Assembly: GCA_040218735.1 (NCBI GenBank)
Contig: JAVJQW010000011.1
Location: forward strand, 192,001-256,000
Origin: Deltaproteobacteria bacterium
GTDB lineage: Bacteria; Myxococcota; Kuafuiibacteriia; Kuafuiibacteriales; Kuafuiibacteriaceae
Reading direction: 5' to 3'
DNA: 64,000 nt
Shown: positions 34,288 to 44,016 of the stretch, piece after piece
Position numbering within the stretch: the first letter of the stretch is position 1
How the letters are laid out: every line of letters starts with the position of its first letter
Translations under genes and position numbers: made by a program
The notes under the pieces: model-generated
Database searches by the model: none
The model's input: the letters and a program-made list of their open reading frames with translations, nothing else
What the model was told of the DNA's origin: nothing

Positions 34288-35853
34288 TTAGGCGACACCT
34301 TCGGCGGACGCCGGCGGGAGCTGGATGGAAGGCGGCTCTTCGCGGCGCTTCCACTCGAGCTTCACGTTGCGCTCGTCGCAGTGCTCCTCGAACTCTTCGA
34401 ACAGCTCTTGGATGTCCGGGTGGATGTACTCGGCGTTGCGGAGATCGAAGAGGACACGCGCGCCCTCCGGCACCGACCCGAGCACTTCCTTCACCTGCGC
34501 CTTCTCGAGGAACGTCAGGTCCTTCGTCGCGCGGATGGCGACGCGGTCGTCCTCGCGCGCCATGACGATGCTGTTCTTTCGCTGCTCACGGAGCGTGACG
34601 ATCACGCCGACCACGAGGCCGAAGAGCGTCCCGGTGAGCAGGTCCGTGAACACCACCGCGGCGACCGTGAGGCTGAACGGGATGAACTGAACCCAGCCGC
34701 CCTTCCACATCGTCACCCACAGCTGCCGGCTGGTGAGCTTGAGGCCGACGCCGATCAGCACCACGGCGAGCGCCGCGAGCGGAATCGTGTTGAGCACCGT
34801 GCCGAAGAACAGCACACCGAGCAGCAACAGGATGCCGTGCACGAACGCCGACAGACGCGTCTCCGCACCCGCGACCACGTTCGCGGAGCTGCGCACGATG
34901 ACCGCCGTCAGCGGGAGGCCGCCGATCGCACCCGACAGCATGTTGCCGGTGCCCTGCGCGATGAGCTCACGGTTCGGCGGCGAGATGCGGCGGTGCGGAT
35001 CGAGGCGGTCGACCGCCTCCAGCGACAGGAGGGTTTCGATGCTCGCGACGATCGCGAGCGTCACCCCGAGCTTCCACACCGCCGGGTCGAAGGCGGCGGT
35101 GAGCTCCGGCGCGACGATCGAATCGGCGACGGCGCCCACGCTGTTGAAGATCGGCAGCGCGACGAGGTGCTCGTCGAGGAGCGGCTTCACACCGAACAAC
35201 GACGGCGCCAAGAGCGCCCCGAGCGCACCGGTCACGACGACCATCAGCGGCCCGGGAATGAACTTGAGGAACCCGGCCAACTTCTGGATTCGGCCCCACG
35301 CGACCAACACCGCGACACACGCGAGCGTGATGCCGATGATCGTGATGTCGACCGCGCCGAACGCGTCGGCGAGCGCCGTGAAGGTGTTCGCGCCGTCCTC
35401 CTGGAAGAAGCTCGTGTCACCCTCGTAGTCGGCGTCGTAGCCGATCGCGTGGGGGATCTGCTTGAGGATGATCAGCACGCCGATCGCGGCGAGCATCCCT
35501 TTGATCACCGACGCGGGGAAGAAGTGCGCGATGCGACCGAGCTTCAGCACGCCCATCAGCAGCTGCAGCGCGCCGCCGATGACGACCGCGAGGAGGAACT
35601 GGCGAAAGCCGAGCCCCTCGATGCCGTTGGCCACGATCACCGCGAGGCCCGCGGCGGGCCCGCTGACGCTCAGCTCGGAGCGGCTGACGATGCTGACCAC
35701 CAAGCCGCCCATGATGCCGGCGATGAGCCCCGAGAGGAGCGGCGCGCCGGAGGCCTGCGCGATGCCCAAACAGAGGGGCACCGCGACCAGGAAGACGACG
35801 AGCCCGGCGGACACGTCGGCGGCGATGTTCTTGGGTTTCGGGGGATTGGACAC
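34288..35853 (-). CDS. SulP/SLC26 anion (bicarbonate/sulfate) transporter with STAS-like C-terminus
   Basis: GLVVFLVAVPLCLGIA, SVSGPAAGL, NRELIAQGTGN, VIVRSSAN. Confidence 0.93.
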   Translation of the reverse strand: MSNPPKPKNIAADVSAGLVVFLVAVPLCLGIAQASGAPLLSGLIAGIMGGLVVSIVSRSELSVSGPAAGLAVIVANGIEGLGFRQFLLAVVIGGALQLLMGVLKLGRIAHFFPASVIKGMLAAIGVLIILKQIPHAIGYDADYEGDTSFFQEDGANTFTALADAFGAVDITIIGITLACVAVLVAWGRIQKLAGFLKFIPGPLMVVVTGALGALLAPSLFGVKPLLDEHLVALPIFNSVGAVADSIVAPELTAAFDPAVWKLGVTLAIVASIETLLSLEAVDRLDPHRRISPPNRELIAQGTGNMLSGAIGGLPLTAVIVRSSANVVAGAETRLSAFVHGILLLLGVLFFGTVLNTIPLAALAVVLIGVGLKLTSRQLWVTMWKGGWVQFIPFSLTVAAVVFTDLLTGTLFGLVVGVIVTLREQRKNSIVMAREDDRVAIRATKDLTFLEKAQVKEVLGSVPEGARVLFDLRNAEYIHPDIQELFEEFEEHCDERNVKLEWKRREEPPSIQLPPASAEGVA

Positions 35854-35928
35854 TTCGATCTCCTCACGTCGGAGGCGACCGCGTGCGGACGCCCCACTCG
35901 AACTCGGTGACCGCCGTGGCGGTCGCGC

Positions 35929-36258
35929 TCAGACGTGAAGGGATCGCGGAGGACGGTGGGGCGGCGTACGGTGGACATCGGCGCCCCGGATGCGGACGGA
36001 CTCGCGCAGCGTCAGCGCGGCCGGCGGGCGGATGTCGTGCTGACCGGTGAGGGTCCCCTCCTCGGCCTCATCCGCCGTCTCCTCCGCCTCCGCCTCTCGT
36101 TCATCGACGGGCTCCGACGGTGCCTCATCCCGCTCGGGATGAGACGGATTCGGCGCGGTGCTGAGGCTCGGACCCGAGTCCGGTGCCACCCATGGAGCCG
36201 CCGCCAGGTTCAGCATCATCACGAGGACGAGCTGGATCGCGACTAGGAAGCGGCGCAT
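35929..36258 (-). CDS. upstream ORF with N-terminal signal/TM and C-terminal HRPP (candidate arrest peptide)
   Basis: MRRFLVAIQLVLVMMLNLAAA, acidic linker, ...HRTPPHRPPRSLHV; 75 nt upstream of SulP. Confidence 0.6.
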   Translation of the reverse strand: MRRFLVAIQLVLVMMLNLAAAPWVAPDSGPSLSTAPNPSHPERDEAPSEPVDEREAEAEETADEAEEGTLTGQHDIRPPAALTLRESVRIRGADVHRTPPHRPPRSLHV

Positions 36259-36364
36259 TCCGGGGGCCTAGTCTCGACGGCTGGCACGGGGAGTCAACCA
36301 ACAATCGGCCCCGAACCGCCCAGGGGTCTTGCCAACGCTCGAAGCGAGCCCTAAGCCACGCCGC

Positions 36365-38395
36365 ATGCGATTCAAGGTATTCCTCGCCCTCTCTGCGCTG
36401 ATCCTGACCGCCTGTAAGAAGGATGGGGATCCCGCCGCGACGGATCAGTCCGCCGCCGGTGCGAAGCCCGCAGACGCGAAGCCGGTCACCTACGACCAGA
36501 TCCCGCGCGATGCGTTCCTCCGCCTCGCCGCCGCGCACGCGCTTCCGATCTTCTGGACGGCGGACACCAATGGCAATGACACGATCGACGCGGACGAGCT
36601 GGTCGAGATCTGGGGCGTGCCCGGACCGCGCGGCCAGTGGGTCGCGGACGGCAAGCTCACCCCGCAGTTCGACGAGGCCTACCGGACGCTGCTCGCCGAG
36701 CACCAGTCGGGGCCCGACCTGTCGAAGCTCGACGAGGCCGAGAAGACGCGCCGCAAGGCGGTGCTCAAGGAGCTCGCCCAGGGTCGCCCGACCCTCGTGA
36801 CCTCCGACTTCTCCGGCGCCTCCGAGGGTGACAAGAAGGTCGTCCGACTCGTCCTCGAAGCGGCCGAGCTCATCGAGCAGATCTTCGCGCGCCAGCAGGG
36901 CACGGCGGGGATGGAGAACCGAATCCCCGCGGACGACGCCGCGAGCCGGATGCTCTTCTACCGAAACCAGGGTCCGTGGTGTGAGGCGCCCGCGACCGAG
37001 AACGACGACAACTGCTCCGCGGTGTCCCCGCGGCCGAAGCGGATCTCGGGCCTCTACCCGGAGAAGATCCAGAGCGACGACAAGTTCTGCGACACACTCG
37101 CGAAGCACCCCAAGGCGGACGAGCTCATGCACCAGTTCCACGTGGTGCGCACGCAGGGCGACGAGCTGATCGCCGTCCCGTACACGGCGGCCTTCGACAA
37201 GAAGATGAAGGCGATCGCGGCCAAGCTCGAGGAGGCGGCGAAGCACGTCGGCGAGGGTGAGGAGGCGTTCGCCGCGTACCTGACGGCCGCCGCGAAGGCG
37301 TTCACGACCAACGACTGGGAGCCGGCGGACGAGGCGTGGTCGAAGATGAGCGTCCACAACTCGAAGTGGTACCTGCGCATCGGTCCGGACGAGGTCTACT
37401 TCGAGCCGTGCCGCCGCAAGGCCGGCTTCCACGTCAGCTTCGCGCGCATCAACCAGGACTCGCTCGAGTGGCAGAACAAACTCGACCCGGTGAAGACCGA
37501 CATGGAGAAGGCGATCGCGAAGCTCGCCGGCAAGCCGTACAAGGCGCGCGACGTCGCGTTCCACATGCCGGACTTCATCGACATCATCGTCAACGCCGGT
37601 GACTCGCGCAGCGCACACGGCGCGACGATCGGGCAGAGCCTCCCGAACTGGGGCCCGGTCGCGAACGAGGGTCGCGGGCGCACCGTCGCGATGACGAACC
37701 TCTACGCCGACAAGGACTCGATGGACGCGCTCGAAACGCAGGCGAAGTCGCTGCTGTGCAACGACACCATGACGCACTTCATCCGCGACCCGAGCGTGCA
37801 GGTCATGAGCACCGTGCTGCACGAGGCGGCCCACAACCTCGGCCCCGCGCACGAGTACAAGGTCGGCGGGAAGACCGCGCCGAAGATCTTCGGCGGCCCG
37901 ATGGCGAGCATGCTCGAAGAGCTCAAGTCGCAGACCGCGGCGCTCTACTACACCGACTGGCTCGCCGAGCGCGGCATCATCACCGCCGAGCGCGCGAAAC
38001 AAGCGCACGTGCGCGACATGATCTGGGCGTTCGGCCACATCTCGCGCGGCATGTACGGGTCCGACGGCCGCCCGAAGCCTTACAGCCAGCTCGCGGCGGT
38101 GCAGTTCGGTCACCTCGTGAAGTCGGGCGCGATCACCTACCGCCCCGACGAGCGCGCCGCAAACGGCACCGATGGAGGGTGCTTCGCCTTCGACCTCGAG
38201 AAGTTCCCGCCGGCCATCCTCGCGCTCATGACGCGCGTCGCGCGTATCAAGGGCAGCGGCGACAAGAAGGACGCGGAGAAGATCGTCGCGGAATTCGTCG
38301 ATGTGGAAGGCGAGCAGAAGCAGGCGCTCGCGATCATCACCGACCGCTGGCTGCGCGCTCCGAAGGCGAGCTTCGTGTACGCGGTGAAGGAGTAG
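36365..38395 (+). CDS. peptidase M49 (dipeptidyl-peptidase III)-like zinc hydrolase lipoprotein
   Basis: Lipobox LTAC; GQSLPN, HEAAHNLGP (HExxH), LEELK. Confidence 0.8.
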   Translation: MRFKVFLALSALILTACKKDGDPAATDQSAAGAKPADAKPVTYDQIPRDAFLRLAAAHALPIFWTADTNGNDTIDADELVEIWGVPGPRGQWVADGKLTPQFDEAYRTLLAEHQSGPDLSKLDEAEKTRRKAVLKELAQGRPTLVTSDFSGASEGDKKVVRLVLEAAELIEQIFARQQGTAGMENRIPADDAASRMLFYRNQGPWCEAPATENDDNCSAVSPRPKRISGLYPEKIQSDDKFCDTLAKHPKADELMHQFHVVRTQGDELIAVPYTAAFDKKMKAIAAKLEEAAKHVGEGEEAFAAYLTAAAKAFTTNDWEPADEAWSKMSVHNSKWYLRIGPDEVYFEPCRRKAGFHVSFARINQDSLEWQNKLDPVKTDMEKAIAKLAGKPYKARDVAFHMPDFIDIIVNAGDSRSAHGATIGQSLPNWGPVANEGRGRTVAMTNLYADKDSMDALETQAKSLLCNDTMTHFIRDPSVQVMSTVLHEAAHNLGPAHEYKVGGKTAPKIFGGPMASMLEELKSQTAALYYTDWLAERGIITAERAKQAHVRDMIWAFGHISRGMYGSDGRPKPYSQLAAVQFGHLVKSGAITYRPDERAANGTDGGCFAFDLEKFPPAILALMTRVARIKGSGDKKDAEKIVAEFVDVEGEQKQALAIITDRWLRAPKASFVYAVKE

Positions 38396-38698
38396 TAGCG
38401 AGGCTGCGCCTCGAACGTTGGGGGCTCGGCCGAAACGCAGTGCGGCGCATCCTCGCGCTGGCAGCCACCAGCGGGCAGCCGACAGCTTGGTGCCACGATC
38501 GTCGCGCCGGCTATTTGGCGGGCTCGATGCACCGCGCGTGATGCGACTGCTGAGCATCGCCTCGATCGGGCCATCTAATCAGCGCGGATCAAGGCCTGAG
38601 CGATCTGCCGGCTGTCGGCTGCGACCTGCAGGCCCCGGCGGTCGATCAGCGCACGGTAAGTCGGCCCGTTCGTCACGGTTCTCGTGGAGCAAGACTCC

Positions 38699-39253
38699 CT
38701 AGAACGTCGCGCCGGCGCCGAAGACGAGGTCCCAGCGCACCGCGGTCGCGTCGCCGATCGCGATGTCGAGGTTGAACGGGCGGAAGAACACGAGGATGCG
38801 GTCGTTCAACACCGCCTTCACCTCCGCGCCGAACTGCATGTTGAAGCCGACGTCGGACGCGAAGCTGTTCGACGCGTAGACCAGCCCGAGCGTCGCGGTC
38901 GGCGCGATGTAGATGCCGAGCGACTCGTCGATCGCGAGGTCGTACCAAGCCTTCGGACCGATCTGGAACGCGAAGATCCCGCTCCCGAACGACTCCTGCA
39001 TCTCGCCGCCGACCGCGAAACCGCGGCCGTTCCCGTCGAGGTGCCAGCCGAACGTCTGCGTGAGCTTCAGCTGCGAGACCGCGTTCGAGATGTTGATCGC
39101 CGGCGACATCCCGAACGCCGCGTACATCGGGCGGGTGCTGGGGCGTATCAGCTCCAGCGTCGCGCCGGACGAGGTGGTCGCCGCGGGCTCCTCCGCGAAG
39201 GCGAGCGTCGGCGCGAGGACGATGAGGGAGACGGTGAGGATTTTCGTGTGCAT
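38699..39253 (-). CDS. small outer-membrane beta-barrel protein
   Basis: Signal peptide AFA-E, amphipathic strands, C-terminal GATF. Confidence 0.75.
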   Translation of the reverse strand: MHTKILTVSLIVLAPTLAFAEEPAATTSSGATLELIRPSTRPMYAAFGMSPAINISNAVSQLKLTQTFGWHLDGNGRGFAVGGEMQESFGSGIFAFQIGPKAWYDLAIDESLGIYIAPTATLGLVYASNSFASDVGFNMQFGAEVKAVLNDRILVFFRPFNLDIAIGDATAVRWDLVFGAGATF

Positions 39254-39299
39254 GTCCTTGGGATGCACACCGCACGCGCCGATGCGCGTGTGTCCGCGC

Positions 39300-39746
39300 T
39301 CACCGCACGAGCTCCTTCGCCAGATGCGCCCCCACGATCTCGAAGCCCCTCGCGAGGAGCTGCTGCCCGGCGTCGGTCTCCAACAGGTCGAGCGCCTCAC
39401 CGCTGGAGCGCCCGGCGCCTCGGTCCACGAGGATCGAAAACGCCACCATCGCGCCCTCGTCCTTCGCGCGCCACGACGCCGACTTGAAGCGCTTCTTCTT
39501 CGCCGTCTTCTTGCGCACCCGCTCCACGATCTGCGTCTCGTCCTCGTCAGGGTGGTCGGCGACGAGCGCATCCCAGATCGCGTACTGCAGGCCCTCGATG
39601 AGCTGCAGATCCTTCAGCGCATCTTCGAGTCGATAGTACGCCTCGTTGAGGTCGAGGTTCTTCGCCTTCGCGTAGGTCGGCGTGACCATCTCCACGAGCT
39701 GCGCGCGCGAGGTCTGCGCAAAGAAGGCGGCGGGCGGACGACTCAT
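39300..39746 (-). CDS. hypothetical cytoplasmic protein
   Basis: ATG 39746 overlapping kinase stop; coding-type codon bias. Confidence 0.7.
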   Translation of the reverse strand: MSRPPAAFFAQTSRAQLVEMVTPTYAKAKNLDLNEAYYRLEDALKDLQLIEGLQYAIWDALVADHPDEDETQIVERVRKKTAKKKRFKSASWRAKDEGAMVAFSILVDRGAGRSSGEALDLLETDAGQQLLARGFEIVGAHLAKELVR

Positions 39747-41521
39747 ACCGACTGAGTAACGCCGAAGCGGAGCGTGAAGGAAGCCCCACCCTCCGGATGG
39801 TCGCGGTACGACAGCTGCGCGCCCATGTCCTTCGCGAGCCGCTGCGACAACGCGAGCCCGAGCCCCACCCCCGGCGCCGACATCGCCGCGCGCTGCGCCG
39901 ACTTCGAAAACGCCGAGAACAACGAACGCCGCTCCTCGCCGTGGACGCCCGGCCCGTGATCCCACACCTCCACGAACACGTGGCGCGCGTCACCGCGCAC
40001 CTCGACGTGCAGCCGTTTGTCCTCCGCCTTCGCCGCGTACTTGCACGCGTTGTCGACGAGGTTGAAGAGGATCTGCTCCACCGCGGCCGGGTCGGCGCGC
40101 ACCGCGCAGTCCGACTCCGCCGGCGCGTACTCGATCGTCATCTTCGCCTGCGCCGCGCGTTCCTCGAGGCGCTCCAACATGCGCGCGAGGAGCTCGTCGG
40201 TGGTGATCGTCTCCACGCGCGACGTCGCGCTCCCGCGCTCGATGCGCGCGTACGCCAAAACGTTCTCGACGAGGTGCGCGAGTCGAATCGCCTCGCGCCG
40301 CAGCGTATCGAGGTAGCGCCGCTGCTTCTTCTCGTCCTTCACCTTCCCGTCGGAGAGCATCTCCGTGTACATCCGAAACGTCGTCAGCGGTGTCCGCAGC
40401 TCGTGGGTCACCGCGGACACGAACACCGCGCGCCGCTCCGACAGCGACATCGCGCCGACCACCAGCACCACCATCGCCGCGCCCGCCAACAAGAACCCCA
40501 TCCACACCGCCGCGAGCGACAACAGGGTCGACAGCGACGTCTCGATGCGCTCGTACGGCAGCGGCCCCGGCTCCAGCCGCACCGGGAGCGACGCGAGCAG
40601 ATTGAGCGACTCCACGGTATCGCCGCGAACGGGCTCCAGCTCCGCCGACGGCAGCAGGTCTTCCACGACGTCGCGGAGCGCAGCGTTCATCGCCGGCCAG
40701 TCCAACCAGATGCCCTGCACGTAGGTCTGCTGCCCGACCTGCACGCGCCGCGCGAGCACCAGCTCACCGTCGATCCACACCGGCAACAGCGCGTGCTCCG
40801 CGAGCGCCTTCGACAGACCACCGCGCTCGCCCAGCATTTCGTTGGCGACGCCGAGGTTGTTCGCCGCGTTGTATGTCGAGGCCTGCTGCACGGAGCGCGT
40901 GCGCTGCCAGTACTCCCCGACGTTCTTCACCTTCGACCGCAGCGCGTAGGAGCTCGACGACGGCGCGGGCGGCGGCACCTTCTCCACCGTCTGGTCGCGC
41001 GCCTCGTCGAGCGCGGCGAGTAAGGTCCCGCGCTTCACGAGCTTCTCGAGCCGCTGCCGTTGCTCCTCCGCCTCCTCGATCGCGCCCTCCCCCACGAGCT
41101 GTCGCGCGCGTCGTTCGAAGAGCTCCGGCGGCACCTGCGGCGAGCTCAACACGTCGGCGCGCGGCGCGTACTGGAAGTGCAGCCGCACGTACTTCGGACG
41201 CGCGAGCAGCAGCGGCGACGCCTGCACCGGCTCGTTCGCGCTGAGGTTGTCGACCATCGACGCGTACGAACGCTCCAACGATCGGAACGCCGCGTAGTCG
41301 AAGTACGGGCGCGCGTTCTCCGTCGCGATCAACGTCGCGACCTCCGAGTCGAGGCGCCACAACGCGAGCCGCACGTTCTCCTCGAGCACCGCCTCACGGC
41401 GCGCGAGGGCCTCGGCGTGGTCGCGATCGACGACGGTCCAGGACAGCCACGTCGCGCCGAGCCCGGCGAGGAGGAGGCACGCGGCGAACAGCGCGTACAC
41501 GATGGCGGGTCGTCGGGTCAT
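39743..41521 (-). CDS. sensor histidine kinase
   Basis: Two TM, THELRTPL, NLVDNACKY, DHGPG, GVGLGL. Confidence 0.93.
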   Translation of the reverse strand: MTRRPAIVYALFAACLLLAGLGATWLSWTVVDRDHAEALARREAVLEENVRLALWRLDSEVATLIATENARPYFDYAAFRSLERSYASMVDNLSANEPVQASPLLLARPKYVRLHFQYAPRADVLSSPQVPPELFERRARQLVGEGAIEEAEEQRQRLEKLVKRGTLLAALDEARDQTVEKVPPPAPSSSSYALRSKVKNVGEYWQRTRSVQQASTYNAANNLGVANEMLGERGGLSKALAEHALLPVWIDGELVLARRVQVGQQTYVQGIWLDWPAMNAALRDVVEDLLPSAELEPVRGDTVESLNLLASLPVRLEPGPLPYERIETSLSTLLSLAAVWMGFLLAGAAMVVLVVGAMSLSERRAVFVSAVTHELRTPLTTFRMYTEMLSDGKVKDEKKQRRYLDTLRREAIRLAHLVENVLAYARIERGSATSRVETITTDELLARMLERLEERAAQAKMTIEYAPAESDCAVRADPAAVEQILFNLVDNACKYAAKAEDKRLHVEVRGDARHVFVEVWDHGPGVHGEERRSLFSAFSKSAQRAAMSAPGVGLGLALSQRLAKDMGAQLSYRDHPEGGASFTLRFGVTQSV

Positions 41522-42216
41522 TCGCTCCTCTTGAACACGTAGCCGCGGCCACGCACGGTCTGGATGAGGGGTTGGTCGGGATCCTCGTCGCGCAGTTTGT
41601 CGCGGAGGCGTCCGACGTGGACGTCGATCGTTCGGGTGCGCACACCCGCCGACGGGATGCGCCACACGCGCTCGAGCAGCTCGTCGCGCGAAATGACGCG
41701 GCCGGCGTTGTTCGACAGGTACCTGAGCAGCGACACCTCGCGCTCGGAGAGCTCCACGCGATCACCGTCGTCGTAGCGGATCTCGTTCTTGGCGAGGTCG
41801 GCGGTGCCGCCGGGGAACGTGACTTCTGCGACGTCGGTCGGGCGCTCGGCGGAGCGGCGCAGGACGGCCTCCACGCGTGCGACGAGCTCCTTGAGCGAGA
41901 ACGGTTTGAGCACGTAGTCGTCTGCGCCGAGCTTCAGGCCGGTGACGCGGTCATCCTCCTGTCCGAGGGCGGTGAGGATGATGACCGGGAGGGTGGGCCG
42001 GGTGGAGCGGATCGTCTTCAGCACGTCGAGTCCGCTTCCACCCGGGAGGACGAGGTCCAGGAGCACGAGGTCCACGTCGGTCGAGACGGCGGCGCGGTTC
42101 GCATCCTCGAAGGTTCCGGCTTCGAACGTTTGGTAACCTTCGAAGTCCATCGCGTCGACGAGCCCCTCACGGACGGCTTCGTCGTCTTCCACCACGAGGA
42201 TGCGCTTCCTTGCCAT
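41518..42216 (-). CDS. OmpR/PhoB-family response regulator
   Basis: LVVEDD, LLDLVLP, GADDYVLKPF, RTIDVHVGRLRDKL, TVRGRGY. Confidence 0.95.
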   Translation of the reverse strand: MARKRILVVEDDEAVREGLVDAMDFEGYQTFEAGTFEDANRAAVSTDVDLVLLDLVLPGGSGLDVLKTIRSTRPTLPVIILTALGQEDDRVTGLKLGADDYVLKPFSLKELVARVEAVLRRSAERPTDVAEVTFPGGTADLAKNEIRYDDGDRVELSEREVSLLRYLSNNAGRVISRDELLERVWRIPSAGVRTRTIDVHVGRLRDKLRDEDPDQPLIQTVRGRGYVFKRSE

Positions 42217-42228
42217 GACCGCCGCACT

Positions 42229-43425
42229 CTACTCGAAGGAGAGGCCCTTCGCCCCCGCCAGCTTCTTCACGGCGCCGAGCATCGCGACGTCGAGCGAGTC
42301 TTCCTGGCCGAGCTTCTTGCGCTCCGCCGCGACGAACGCCTCACGCTCCTTGGTCAGGTCGCGGATGCGCTTCTTCATCGTGTCGCGCTCCGCCTTCTTC
42401 GCCGCCACGTACGCGGCGCGCTCGCCCTTGGTCATGCCCTTCATGGCCGCGGGGAGGCCCGTCTCCTTCAGGTCGTCGAGCTTCACGCGGCCCTGGTCGA
42501 GCGCGTCGACCAGCTCCCAGCTGTCGTTTCGGTAGTTCGCCGAGGCCTTGAAGCTACCGCGGGTCGCGAGGTTCGCGAGGCCGTAGCCGCTGGAGTTCGC
42601 GTCCTGCGCGGCCTGGCGCTGAAAGCCCGCCGCACCCTCGACGCCGTACGGGATGTACGTGCCGTTGATGGCGGTGTTGAGCTTCGCGAGCTCCGCGTCC
42701 TGCGGCGCGGCGATCTGCGCGACGGCCTGGTTGTGATCGATCGTCAGGTAGAAGCCCCCCGCGAGCATCGCCGCCGTCTGCCAGCCCTGCGCGATGCCGG
42801 CCTGCTCGGCGCCGCAGAAGATCGGGTTCACGGTCACGCCCTGCTTCTTGGCGAGCGCGATGGCCTCCGCGGAGGCGACCGGGCCCTGGTTGAAGCCCTC
42901 GTTACCGGCGACGAAGATCAGCTTGAGCGCGTCCTCGTCTTCGGACCACGGCAGCGCGACCAGCGCGTTTCGAATCGCAAGGCCGGCGTACTCCTGGCCG
43001 CCGTTCGTCCGCAGCGCGAAGAGGGCTTCCGAGACGCGGTCGATTTCGCCGGTGAGCCCGACGACCTGGCGGATGTAACCCTCACCGGCCGGGAGGCCGT
43101 CGTTGCCGTATTCGTAAAGCGCGAGCTGGAGGCGCGGCGCCTTGCCGTTGCGCTTGCCTTCCGAGAGCTGGCCGACGATGCGCCACAGCTCGGAGCGCGC
43201 CTGGTCGATGAGGCCGTCCATGCTGCTGCTGGTGTCGAGCAGGAGCGCGACCTGCACGAGCGGGCGCTCGGCGTCGGTGACGGGCTTCACATCCGTGACG
43301 TGGATCGGGTGGGGGTTGGGGGGATTCGGTGCGGGGGTGTTCGGCTTCTCCGGGACGATCGCGGCGATCGCGACCATGCCGAGTGCGGCGGCGAAGAGTC
43401 CGAGGGTCTTGTGTTTGGCTTGCAT
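42229..43425 (-). CDS. secreted von Willebrand factor A domain protein
   Basis: MIDAS LLLDTSSSMDGLI, LRTNGGQE, FVAGNE; N-terminal signal. Confidence 0.88.
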   Translation of the reverse strand: MQAKHKTLGLFAAALGMVAIAAIVPEKPNTPAPNPPNPHPIHVTDVKPVTDAERPLVQVALLLDTSSSMDGLIDQARSELWRIVGQLSEGKRNGKAPRLQLALYEYGNDGLPAGEGYIRQVVGLTGEIDRVSEALFALRTNGGQEYAGLAIRNALVALPWSEDEDALKLIFVAGNEGFNQGPVASAEAIALAKKQGVTVNPIFCGAEQAGIAQGWQTAAMLAGGFYLTIDHNQAVAQIAAPQDAELAKLNTAINGTYIPYGVEGAAGFQRQAAQDANSSGYGLANLATRGSFKASANYRNDSWELVDALDQGRVKLDDLKETGLPAAMKGMTKGERAAYVAAKKAERDTMKKRIRDLTKEREAFVAAERKKLGQEDSLDVAMLGAVKKLAGAKGLSFE

Positions 43426-43475
43426 GGGTTGGTTGCTCCTTCACCAACACAGTACGGACGGGCGCGACGTTCGTG

Positions 43476-43500
43476 TGTAACGCGCCTGTAAAGGGGTAAG
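43476..43500. promoter_or_regulatory. candidate OmpR-family binding box (GTAA direct repeats)
   Basis: TGTAAcgcgccTGTAAaggGGTAAg in the 84-nt divergent gap ahead of the vWA-RR-HK operon. Confidence 0.5.
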
Positions 43501-43509
43501 CTCGGCGAG

Positions 43510-44016
43510 ATGCGTCGCCTGCTCACGTTCCTCGTCCTCTCCATCGCTTGTATCGGCTGTGACCAAGGCACGAAGCACATCGCGGCTTCGTCCCTACGCG
43601 GGCGGCCGACGATGTCGTTCCTCGCGGACACGTTCCGACTTCAGTACGCCGAGAACCCGGGCGCGTTCCTCGGCCTGGGATCGTCGATGCCGGAGGGCTG
43701 GCGCTTCGCGATCTTCGTCGCGGGGAGCGGGCTGCTCGTGCTCGGGACGATCGCCTTCATGTTCGCGCGACGAAACCTGGCGCGATCTCAGTTCATCGCG
43801 CTGACGCTGCTCGCGGCCGGGGGGATCGGCAACCTCATCGATCGCTTCGTCGGCGACGGGCGCGTGATCGACTTCATGAACGTCGGCGTCGGGCCGGTGC
43901 GCACGGGGATCTTCAACGTCGCGGACATCGCGATCATGGGCGGGATGTTGTGGATGCTGGTCGTGGGGTGGCGAGAAGACTCTAGAAACGCCAACCCACC
44001 TGCGCCGAGCCCGTGA
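43510..44016 (+). CDS. lspA: lipoprotein signal peptidase II
   Basis: DQGTK, ENPGAFLG, GGIGNLIDR, VIDF, FNVAD. Confidence 0.93.
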   Translation: MRRLLTFLVLSIACIGCDQGTKHIAASSLRGRPTMSFLADTFRLQYAENPGAFLGLGSSMPEGWRFAIFVAGSGLLVLGTIAFMFARRNLARSQFIALTLLAAGGIGNLIDRFVGDGRVIDFMNVGVGPVRTGIFNVADIAIMGGMLWMLVVGWREDSRNANPPAPSP

